From Neovahlkampfia damariscottae (lineage: Eukaryota): a DNA stretch of 64,000 bases. Position 1 is the stretch's first letter. Every line of letters begins with the position of its first letter. Both the position numbers and the translations under genes were made by a program. This document shows positions 1-10,626 of this stretch, piece after piece. A model generated the notes under the pieces. The model made no database searches. It saw only the letters and a list, made by a program, of their open reading frames with translations, and had not been told where the DNA came from. The stretch spans positions 1-64,000 of the forward strand of contig JABLTG010000033.1 in assembly GCA_016618085.1 (NCBI GenBank), written 5' to 3'.

Positions 1-766
1 AAAATTCTTTTAAAACCAACAAGTGAACAAAAGAAAAAAATACAAGAATGGATGAGAATTACTCGATTCGTTTATAATTTAACTCATCATTTTGTTGAAG
101 ATCTTGGATATGATGCAAATTTTATGTTATTGAAAAACAGTATTTTAAATGCAAATGAGAATCCAGAATCTTCAAAATACCCTTGGTTGTTCAATAGAAA
201 ATTGAAAAAAATACCACGAGATGCTTTAGATTATGCTATTCAGCAATATGTCTGTAATGTTCACAGTTCAACAGAAATTCTGAAAGAAAAACAAAAGAAA
301 ACAAACAAAAAATCAAATTAGAAGCAAACATGAAAAAAAGAACTGAAAAAATGTCTTAAAGTGTTGGAATACCAGTCAATGGTGGTAAACCAAGTATTAA
401 ATGGAATGAAGAAGGATTTTTCTTTTGGCCATCTTATAAACTTGGAGCATTAAAAACTGCTCAAAAAGATTCTGTTCAAGTACATGAAGTTTCAGAACAT
501 TATACCAGTTGTACATGTGGATCATGTGGAAAAATAGATTGGAAACTTGGAAAAAAAGATCATTTCAATTGTAAATATTGTAATTTTTCTCTTCCAAGAG
601 ATTATAATGGAGCAAGAAATATATTTCTGATGAATATACAAAATTTTATTGGAAATCCAAAAACTGCCAGTACTGCTGGCGATGGTCCTATCCCGAAAGA
701 AACCTTGATTTTAATGTCTGGTCTGATTAATCAGAATGAACGGAAAAGTCAGTTTTAAGATAGCGG
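1..766 (+). mobile_element. Decayed Fanzor2/TnpB (IS200/605/607-family) element, cut by the window edge at its 5' end and internally deleted
   Basis: Frame 1 from base 1 reads KILLKPTSEQKKKIQEWMRITRFVYN, resembling the TnpB N-terminal HTH_OrfB motif. After a frameshift (~310-320) and a TAA at 357-359, frame 3 (360-758) reads VHEVSEHYTSCTCGSCG...FNCKYC...PRDYNGARNI (C4 zinc finger plus RuvC-III). RuvC-I is absent. The right end near 766 is inferred. Confidence 0.88.
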
Positions 767-790
767 TAGTAGTTGTGTATCTGTATTAAA
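660..790 (+). ncRNA. Candidate omega-RNA (scaffold plus flank-derived guide) of the Fanzor/TnpB element
   Basis: GC-richer segment overlapping the ORF 3' end. Hairpin gccag/ctggc (666-680); nested stems ctatc(688-692)/gatag(759-763) and tgatttt/aaagtca; palindrome tctgattaatcaga (722-735). The position matches where TnpB/Fanzor omega-RNAs lie. Confidence 0.55.
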
Positions 791-1282
791 ATGAAGCTTT
801 TGTAGTATGAAATTTTGAATTTGTTTCCCAATTATTCCTTGTGATTTTGTTGAATAACTGTTTTGTTCTACTCATTTGATGCTTTGTTGAAGAAAATTGA
901 ACCAATGATGTTTGGTCAAAATTCAAAGTCTCTTCTAACTCTTTGTCGATTCCAAAATTCTGATTTTATTCTTTGCTTTCAATTGGAAATATCAATTCAC
1001 AAAATATGTTTCAAATTGCAACAAAGAATCTCCAAAAGTTGTTTTTTATTCAGTGGAAGAAAAAAATTAATTATTTGTTATGATTATTGACCTTTTATTT
1101 TTGGTAGGACACAGACAATATCCTTTGCTGTTTTTGTTTTGAGATAACTCTTCAGTTTTGATTGGACTATCTGACTTGATTTTTTTTTTAACGAAAATGA
1201 GAATTTAGCTAGAATTAAACTGAAAATAGTTGAAAATTTAAAAATAATTTTTTTAGAGTCGTTTGATTGGTTATCTTCAAAA

Positions 1283-2130
1283 ATGTCAAACAAAGAAGAA
1301 AAAGGACCTGCTAGTGGAACTGAAGATGATCCGATAAAAATAACGCTTCTAGGTGGTGGTGGAGTTGGAAAAAGTTGCGTTACTATCCAATTCTTGTCTA
1401 AAACCTTCGATAACGACGTTCTTCAAACATTATTAAAATAAAAACTCTAGTGTTACTCAACAGTTGAAAATACATATACCACAAAAATTACAATAGATGA
1501 TGAAGAATATACAATTATAATAGTAGATACAGCCGGTCAAGACGAATTTAAACCATTGATGGGTAAAGAAATTCCTTAAAAGTTCTAAAAATCATTTTGT
1601 TTCTTTTAGACACTTGGATTCGTGACTCAGATTGTTATTTATTTTGTTATGATACAACACAATATAGTAGTCTTAATGATGTGAAAGAAATTATTTTAAA
1701 AGCACAAAGACACAAGGAATGTGATGTTTGTGGTGAGACCAAAAAAAAAATTCACAATTTCTTAAAATAGTTCCTGGATTACCTTTTATACCTTCAGTTT
1801 TAATCGGTTGTAAATGTGATATGGTTGATAAAAAAAAGGTGAAAACTGAAGTTGGAAAAGAATTTGCTGATCAATACTTATTTACTGAATATGAAGCCGA
1901 TGAAAAAATTTTACAGAAAGACAAGTATTTTCTTGAAACTAGTGCTAAAGGTATTTTCAATTGTTTTTGTTTAATTATTTTATTTGATAGATAATATCAA
2001 TATTGATGATGCATTTTCGAATGTTGTGAAATTATTTATTAAAAGACAGAGGATGTTGCAAAATTTAACAAAAAAAAAGAAGAAAAGGAAAGGTTTAGGT
2101 CTTTTCAGATCTTTTGAAGAGGAAGAATAA
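1283..2130 (+). CDS. Ras-family small GTPase (4 introns), no CAAX box
   Basis: Spliced translation gives GGGGVGKS P-loop, STVENTY, DTAGQDEF, CKCD, ETSAK, and a polybasic C-terminus ending FEEEE*. Confidence 0.9.
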
Positions 2131-2250
2131 AAATTATAATTGACCAATGATCATTATTGTTTCCATTTGTGATTCTTTTGAAGTTTATCAAATACATGAA
2201 GAGGTTAAATTATTGATATCTTGAAAATGAACGTTTAATCTTTTAAAAAA

Positions 2251-2705
2251 TTATTTTTGTTGTTGTTGTTGTTGTTCTTTTTGTTGTTGAACAACAAACC
2301 ATTGTTGAATATCTTGAATTTTCTTTTCTTTTTCTTGATGTGAAATAGAGTATTGTTTCAAATTTTCTTCACTTTTTTTTCTAACAAAAGAGTCATTTAA
2401 AATTTTTTTTCTTACAACTCTTTTTGAATAAAATTGATTCTTTTTTCAACGATAGTACGTGATTCATCAATTTCTTGTTGGATTAAAACAGGTCCAACTA
2501 ATTTAAAAACTTTTGAGTCATCTTTTAAAAGTTTGAATTCTTCAAAGACCATTCTGTTTTCATTTAATTGAGTTAGGAGTTTTGATTGTGATGCTTGACA
2601 TTTCATCATTTCTGTTTTGATTGTTTTTATTTCATCGTCAATTTTTTGAAAGAGTTGGTAATATTTTAACTTCTCTTCGTTTGAGGCAAGTTTTTGTGAG
2701 GACAT
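2251..2705 (-). CDS. PFDN6: Prefoldin subunit 6 (1 intron)
   Basis: QLNENRMV...VFKLVGPVLIQQE...V.KRI.FI motif; last exon has poly-Q. Confidence 0.9.
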
Positions 2706-2844
2706 AATAACGTTTTGATTGGGTAAAAAAAAAAGAAGGAAATAGCTTTATTATTCCTTTCTTTTTACATTTTTTAAAAATGTTTTCAGATTTAAAAGAG
2801 AGCCCAACTTTTTATTGGTTGTTTTTGGTTTTTTATAAATTGGT

Positions 2845-4280
2845 ATGAGCAAAGTTGAGGAAGAATTGAAAATTTGGAAAACGATTCCAATGAAAAAAAT
2901 TGGATCAATTGAGATAAAATATAACTTAGAAAATCAAAAAGGAAGGTAAATCATGATAAAAAAAATAATTAAAAATTTTAAGAGGCTTTTTTGCAACAGA
3001 AGATATAAAACCAGGTAAAAAAAAAAATATCACTCACTGTATTAGGTACCATATTACTACAAGAAGATCCTTATTTTCGAAATTTTGAAAACTCCATTAA
3101 AGAAAAAATGAAAGAGATTTTACAATCTAAAAACTTAAAAAAAATGATCAAAAATTTAAAAATATTACATCCAACAGATTTAAATGAACTTCCAAAAGAA
3201 GACTTACAAGTTTTTCAATTAGAATACGAAACTTTAATTTCCGAATTATTGAATGAAACATCAGAAGAAAATCAAAAATTTATCAACAAAGATAAATTGT
3301 TAAAATTGATTTTATCATTACGATTCAATGGTTTTCAAAGTGGAATTTATCTTCATTTATCAATTTTTAATCATTCATGGTTTGTGAAAAATAAAATTAA
3401 AAATTTAGTCAACCAAATTGTAAGAAGAAAAAAACTTTTTTTACCAAAATCCACAGGCATGAAATTTATACCAAATAATAGAAATTCATATTCTGAAGTC
3501 GTTGCTACTAAATTCATTGCCAAAGGAGAAGAATGTACAATTCCTTATTTACAACCAATGGAACAAACAAAACAAAAGAGACAAAAAGATTTATACAAAC
3601 AATTTGACTTTTATTGCCAATGTTCATTTTGTGAAAAAAAAGAAAATGACTTTGAAATTGTGAAATGTGAATGTGGAAAAAAAAAATATTTTTGTGAAGA
3701 TTGTCAGGTGAATGAAGAATTAATCACGAAAATTCAAAAAATAGAAAAGAAGTTATTTGTCATAGAAAATTTAATAGCGTCTGATTTTTTCACAAAATCC
3801 ATCAAATCATTGTTTGAATTAAGGAATGAACTTCATCAAAATCACATCTTAACTTTGAGATTAAACAAATTAATAGGTAAGAAATATAATTGAACGTTAT
3901 ATTAATTTATAGTTGATGCATGTATAGGATTATTATCAAATGACAGTGCAACTGCTGATATTTCTGTTTTATTTTTAAAAACCTCTTTAGAGATTTATGA
4001 TTTACAAATTAAATTTTTAGGTAAGGATCATTGTGATGTCGCTACAACATGTTTTTTTTTTTTTTTTATTCATATTTTCTAATAGGTAATGACATTTCAA
4101 ACGGAATTGATTCTTTAATCCACACAGGTATTTTTTTTATATCAAATTCATTTTTCAAAAGATTTACAAGTTCTCTTTGAAGAGTTTCCTGAATGGAAAA
4201 CAAAAGAAAAAGTACAATCTGAAAGAAAAAAATGGTACAAAGAATTCAAAAGAATATCAGATTATTACAAAGAGTATTAA
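2845..4280 (+). CDS. SET-domain (SMYD-like) lysine methyltransferase, ~7 introns
   Basis: KGRGFFATEDIKPG; NHSCQPNC after splicing; GEECTIPY; FYCQCSFC post-SET; C-terminal TPR-like LGKDHCDVA. Confidence 0.85.
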
Positions 4281-4288
4281 ACTTGTTT

Positions 4289-4708
4289 TTATTTCTTTCT
4301 TCTTAGAAATTGTCCATTTGCATTTCTTTTTCTTTTTTGACCATTTGGTTGTATTATATATTGATCATCAAATAATTCTTCATCTCCTTCTTCAATTAAT
4401 TCTTCTTGGAATCCATTTGTATCTTCATTTAATTCTTTGATGGCTTTCTCCGAAGTTGCTGAAGAATTTGAAAAAATTCGGTCTGAATCTTTGAATGGTT
4501 TTTTTTTTGGAGTTGAAGTGGCTCTTATTCTACTTGATAAATAACCTTCAAAGCCTCGGAGAGCTGTTCCATATGACCAAGCTTCGTCTAAATAATTTGT
4601 TTCTAATTTGTAAATTTGTTGTTCAAGTCTTTTTAGATCTTCTTCTAAATCAGCATTTCTTTCTTGTAAATCTTCAACACTATTTATCTCACTGTCCACG
4701 TCGTTCAT
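4289..4708 (-). CDS. EAF6: NuA4 histone acetyltransferase subunit Eaf6/MEAF6
   Basis: LEQQIYKLETNYL...G..LRGFEGYL...DRIFSNSS motifs. Confidence 0.9.
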   Translation of the reverse strand: MNDVDSEINSVEDLQERNADLEEDLKRLEQQIYKLETNYLDEAWSYGTALRGFEGYLSSRIRATSTPKKKPFKDSDRIFSNSSATSEKAIKELNEDTNGFQEELIEEGDEELFDDQYIIQPNGQKRKRNANGQFLRRKK

Positions 4709-4861
4709 CTTTTTTTCTGGTTATTTTTTTATCCAATGATTTTTTCACAAACATCAACAAAGGAAACTCTCAAAAAAAACAATCAAAAAAGTGATGAAAA
4801 TGGATTCCGTAATTTATATTTTAAAAAAAAAAATAGAGTTTGATTGGTCAATTTAATTTAC

Positions 4862-6499
4862 ATGAGACTCAGTAATAAGAAACTTTTTTTCATCACACTC
4901 TGTGATTGCCTTTGTTGGTGGTATAATGTTCATGATTAGTCTACAGACCAAAGGAAATTTCGAAAACCTAACAAATACCACACCACCACCTAAAATTAAA
5001 AAAAAAGAAAGGATTGTAAAAAAAACAAAACCAACTCAAATTCTGGGTCATGAATTTACTGATAATTATCAATATCAACCATATATACACTTGGGTTATG
5101 CTCAAACTATGAGAACTATACAAGGGAAAATTTATAATCCAAAAGGAGACAGGTCCAATATTGTTGAAGATGAAAACTATGGCATTAAAAGTTCAGGCCA
5201 ATGTAAAAACAAACCACCAAGTATAATGCCACCTTTCAATGGAGCAGCTTTAAAATCTATTCTTCACAATCAACTTGATGAATATGAAATTATTTCAAAG
5301 ACTTTTGTGACTCATTTAGAAGATTATCCAGTTCCTAGAAAGCTGAATCAATATATACCAAAAGACTTATGCTCAAAGTACTCACATCATGATCGTTTGT
5401 TAATGTGCTCTCCTCAGTATAGAGCTGGTGAGAAACGAATCATTGGAATTAATCAACCATGTTACTATTTTCAATATGTAGCCAAATCAAATTGTAAATT
5501 TGTTGATCCTGGTACTGGTCATGGTGATGTCCCAGGAACTCTTTTTAATGCAACTCATTGGTTTCATAAAGATTGGAGCGAAAGAAATGGAGTTAAATAT
5601 GTAAATCAAACTGTCAAATATTTTGACAAAATCATTGCTGCACCATTGACCTATTGGAATACCCACAGTCATACCTCTTGAATTTTTACCACGCTTTTTA
5701 TATTTGATTGAAGTGTTACCAAAAGATATACCAGTTCTTGGAACTACCAAAGGATTTGCTGGTCAATATTTCAAATATATGATTGATATGAAAATTTTGG
5801 ACCCAAAAAGAATTGTTGAATTTAATACAAAAGAATATATTTTTGGAAAAGAAGTTTATTTTTCAAGAGAATATCCACCATGTCAAAATGATTGTCAAAG
5901 ACAATATTCACTTGAATTTCATGGTAGATTGAAAAGAATGATGGTTCCTGTTGATTTACCTGTTGAAGAAAGAGATACAATTATTTATGTGCACAGACAA
6001 GGTTCAAGAGCCTTATCTCCTGCACAAGCAGATGCATTGGAAGCTATGTTAAAAAAATATGGAAAAGTTGTTCGTTTTGATGGAAGGAAATATCCAGTAT
6101 TAAAAGACGTTGTTGATTTATTTAAAAAAGCGAAAATTGTAGTTTCAACTCATGGGTAAAGAAATATTGAAAAATATTAATGTTTTTAGGGCAGGAATCG
6201 CTAATTTATTGTACACAGCTGAATGTACAACCATCATAGAAATGATGTACAATGGTCCATTCTTACAAACACCTACTGCTTTTTATAGTGCTGCCATTTC
6301 AAGAAAATTGGATTATTGGATGACTTTGACTGAAGGAACTTATGCAGATGGAAATTTAATCAATATTCCTGAAATTGAAGCTATTGTCAAACAGGTTTTG
6401 ATTGAAAAAGAAGAATTAAAAAAAAATCCAAATTTACATTGTTGGGATATCGGAAAAAAAAATAGAGAATACATCTGGGATAAAAAACTTGTTGCTTAA
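4862..6499 (+). CDS. GT61/DUF563-like glycosyltransferase, type II membrane protein, with two apparent frameshifts and one intron
   Basis: N-terminal TM; H..LEFLPR; THGAGIAN across an intron at ~6155-6189. Frame breaks at ~4901 and ~5678. Confidence 0.7.
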
Positions 6500-6507
6500 T
6501 AAAATGT

Positions 6508-8950
6508 TTATTTCTCTTTTTCTGCTGTCAGTATTCTAGCACTGATTACAGTGTCAGGATTTAAACTAATAGATTCAATTCCTTCTTCAACTAAAAATTG
6601 AGTAAATTCAGGATAATCAGAAGGAGCTTGACCACATATTCCAATGTATTTTCCTTTTTCTCTGCATACTTTGATAACTTGAGAAATCAATTTTTTCACA
6701 GCAGGATTTCTTTCATCATAAATATGACTAACAGTATCAGAATCACGATCAACTCCTAAAGTCAACTGAGTTAAATCATTTGAACCAATGGAATAACCAT
6801 CAAAATATTCAAGAAATTCTTCAGCCAATAAAACATTTGATGGGATTTCACACATACCATATATTTTTAATCCATTTTCTTTTGTTCTTTTGAGGTTGTT
6901 TTTTTCCATTTCTTGAATAACTTTTTTAGCTTCCTCAACAGTTCTACAGAAAGGAATCATCACAATTAGATTTGTTAATCCAAATTCTTCTCGAATCTTC
7001 TTAACTGCCTTACATTCTAATGCAAAACCATCTTTGTAACTTGAATAATATCTACTCGCTCCTCTCCATCCAAGCATCGGATTTTCTTCTTTTGGCTCAA
7101 AATTTGAACCACCTAGTAATGTTGAATATTCATTTGTTTTGAAATCTGAAAATCTGAGAATAACTGGTTTTGGATAAAATGCAGCTGCAATCATTCCAAC
7201 TCCTTGACTTAATTGATCCACAAAGTAATCAGATTGTTCTTTGTAACCTTTTGTTAATTTGCTTATTTTTTCTTTATCTTCTTCTTTGATTTTTTCAGGA
7301 TGCAAGAGAGCTTGTGGGTGAACTTTGATATGATTCGCCACAATGAATTCCATCCTAACTAAACCTACACCATCATTAGGTAGAAAACTTGAATCAAATG
7401 CATGCTCAGGGTTTCCAATATTCATGCAAATATGAGTTCTAGTTTTTGGAATGATATCTAAATCTTGATTTTTCACTTGAAATGGAATGATACCTTCCCA
7501 TACGATTCCTTCAACTCCTTGACTGCAATCTACTGTAACATCTTGACCACTTGTAATTTTTTCAGTTCCAAATGAAGTTCCAACGATACATGGAATACCT
7601 AATTCACGAGAAATAATCGCAGCATGACAAGTTCTTCCACCTCTATTTGTGACAACACCAGAAGCTTTTTTTAAGATTGGTTCCCAATTTGGATCTGTCA
7701 TATCAGTAATTAAAATTCCACCATCAATAAAATTGTTAATATCATCAACATCTTTAATAACAACAGCTTTTCCGGAACCAATCTTTTTTCCAACTGAATT
7801 TCCAGTCGCCAATTTTTTAACACTTTTTGTTGATTCTTTCAATGAATATGTGAAAATTTTAGTTTTGTCATGTGAAGAATGAACAGTTTCTGGTCTAGCT
7901 TGAACGATATAAATTTCATTATCTCTTGAATCCAAAGCCCATTCAATATCCATTGGACATTCTCTTTTATGTTTCATCGAATAATGATCTTCAATGATTT
8001 GTCCATAAGTAGCCAAAGTTAAAACTTGTTCATCATTCAAACAGAAGACTTCTTTTCTATAAGTTGGAGTTATCAGATTTTTCACTAATTTCGATGTTCC
8101 TTTTGTTGAATACACCATTGTTAATTGTTTTTCACCTAATTTTTTTTTGATGATTGGTTTATGACCTGTTTTTAATGTTTTTTTGAAAACAATCCATTCA
8201 TCAGGATTGACTGATCCTTGGACAATATTCTCTCCAAGTCCCCATGAACCAGTAACTAAAATAGCATGTTTGAATCCAGATTCTGTATCTAAAGTGAACA
8301 TAACTCCTGAGCAACCTTCGGAAGCTCGAACCATTTTTTGGACACCTATTGATAAACCAACTGAAAAATGATCAAATCCTTTGCTTTGGCGATATGAAAT
8401 TGCTCTGTTTGTAAATAATGAAGCAAAACATTTTTTACAACAATCTAAAATACCAACATCTCCTCTGACATTTAAGAAGGTTTCTTGTTGACCAGCAAAT
8501 GAAGCATCAGGTAAATCTTCAGCTGTAGCACTTGATCTCACAGCACAATCAACAAAATCACCATATTCTTTTTCCATTTGGTGATAAGCCTCTAAAATTT
8601 CTTTTTCAAGTTCTTCAGGTAAAGTAGCACCTTCAATTGTTGAACGTACTTTCGCTCCTCTTTTTTGTAATTCTGTTATATCTGTAATATCCAAACCATT
8701 TAGGATATCTTTAACAGTTTGATCGATTCCTGCTTTTTTCAAGAAATAATGGTATGCATAGGCAGAAACGGCAAATCCATTTGGTATTTTTACATTTTTT
8801 GAAGTTAGTTGTTGGTACCTTTCTTTGTCAAATGAAATAAAAAATTTACATTTCTCCTAAGGAAGCGTTTTTACCTCCTACAAGTCCAACGTCTTCTATA
8901 TTTAATTCTTTGAACCATAAAATAAATTTTTCTGTTCTCTTTGTTTCCAT
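6508..8950 (-). CDS. ppsA: Phosphoenolpyruvate synthase (pyruvate, water dikinase), 1 intron (8819-8849)
   Basis: VGGKNASLGEM, AVRSSATAEDLPDASFAGQQET, phospho-His motif GGRTCHAAI, ENPMLGWRGA, SIGSNDLTQ. Confidence 0.96.
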
Positions 8951-9173
8951 GTTTTATTTGTTTGGAATCTTTTTGGTTTGAATCCTCTTTATTATCATTG
9001 GATTACCGAATTTAGGTAAAAATGAAAACCAATAAAAATGATTTGTATTTTTTGGGATAAAAAACTGAAAGTTATGTTGTAAGTTGTATTTCTTTAAATT
9101 ATTCCGAGCAAACAGTGTTGAATATTTCCAATAAGAGTGTTTTGAAGTTCTAAAAATTTTGATTGGTTTAGTG

Positions 9174-9841
9174 ATGTTTAGATTGTCGGTTGGAGTTGCA
9201 CTCACATTACTTGTGCTTCAAGTTTCATGTGAGTACTATTTAGAAATAGAATCAAAAGGCGATGGTTCATGTAAAGCTGCAAACACTACAGGAAGAGCAG
9301 TACCAAAAATTTACAATTTTTAACACTCAATTTTTTAAAGTTTTTGCTTGAAAAATGCATTAAAGATTTTTCAAATTATAAAACTTACACTACAAATTTC
9401 ACACACATCTTTGAAAACAGTCTTTGTGATGAAAAATGTCAAAAATGTCGCGTAAAAAAAGAAATCTTAGTTGGATGTAGTAGAACATCAACTGGATCAA
9501 TTTTACGCAGAATCGGTAGTATTCCACGATTTGAACCAAGAGGATTTGGATTATATATCAATTCTGATGAAAGGTGTAAAACTGAAAAATTCATTTCATT
9601 CACATCAAATGAAATTTGTATAAATTCATCTACAAACGATAAAACATTTTCACACTTTTTTGAAAATCCAAAAGTACATTCAGTGCGTATGTACTGGCAT
9701 CGTGCTTTTCATGAACATGCTGACCTCACTGATTATGCAGAAGTTGGTTGTAAAGGAGAAATCGTGAAAAGAAGAGTTTATTATGAAAATAATTGTTACA
9801 AAGATGGAAATGTTTACGTAAAAGTTTTCGAAAGAAAATAA
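9174..9841 (+). CDS. Secreted Cys-rich hypothetical protein (intron 9300-9340)
   Basis: Signal peptide MFRLSVGVALTLLVLQVSC splices in frame to ORF 9344-9841. Confidence 0.7.
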
Positions 9842-9940
9842 ATTTTGAAAAGCTAAATTGTCTTTTTTGGAATTTTCTTTTGTGATTCCTGATCACAAAT
9901 TTCATAAATATCCAATCAAACAACAGTTGATCACTGAAAC

Positions 9941-10300
9941 ATGAAATTCATTGTTTTGTTGTGTTTTTGTATTACTCTATTAATGGCTTCTGAAATATTG
10001 TTTCCTGATGAACAATGGAACAAATTCAAAGACACAGAAGATTTTATTGGGACTCTAGTGAAAACAGAGTACTCTGAATATCATCCAATTATTCAAAGAT
10101 TTAATCCTTACAAGTTAGTGAATGGTACCAAAACCACAGATATTTACACTGGAGCTGATAATGTAAAAGCATTGAATAGATATCTAGGATTCAAAGTATT
10201 GATCAAAGGAAAATTAATGAAGTATGAACTTGAAGGTTCAATCATCACGGAAATTTGGCCTTCTGAAATTGAGAAACTTGATGAAGAAATCAATAAATAG
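9941..10300 (+). CDS. Small secreted hypothetical protein, possibly OB-fold-like
   Basis: Signal peptide; intronless 119-aa ORF; CCAAT upstream. Confidence 0.7.
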   Translation: MKFIVLLCFCITLLMASEILFPDEQWNKFKDTEDFIGTLVKTEYSEYHPIIQRFNPYKLVNGTKTTDIYTGADNVKALNRYLGFKVLIKGKLMKYELEGSIITEIWPSEIEKLDEEINK

Positions 10301-10626
10301 TCTATTTTTTCTTTCCTATTTTTCAGTTTCCTGATTTTCCTTCAGACATTCTTCATTGCAGGTTAGACTTCAGACTTTAAACCAAACAATTTCTTCCAAC
10401 TTTTGGCATGCAAGACATGATACAAAATCATAAACTGAATTCAAGTTTTCTTGACTTCTGTTCAAACCACTTCGTCTGAAAAATCTGTTCTGTTTTAAAC
10501 AGAGCTGATTCAAATTTACTTCCAAAAAAACTTAAAATTTGCGTAAGACTTGGAGTAAAGTACCCAACTCTGTGAAGTATTAAAGGTTCTATTTTTATTT
10601 TGAAAGAAAATTACCCAATCAGCAAA

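Noticed and set aside
767..1200. ORFs 863-1090(+), 1084-1293(-) and a minus-strand coding-like stretch next to the Fanzor end
   Set aside because: No ATG-initiated coherent gene model or recognisable motif; possibly a disrupted gene, but unsupported.
10301..10620. Long intergenic gap with several CTGA motifs (possible C/D snoRNA)
   Set aside because: No convincing box C with terminal stem and no rRNA complementarity was seen.
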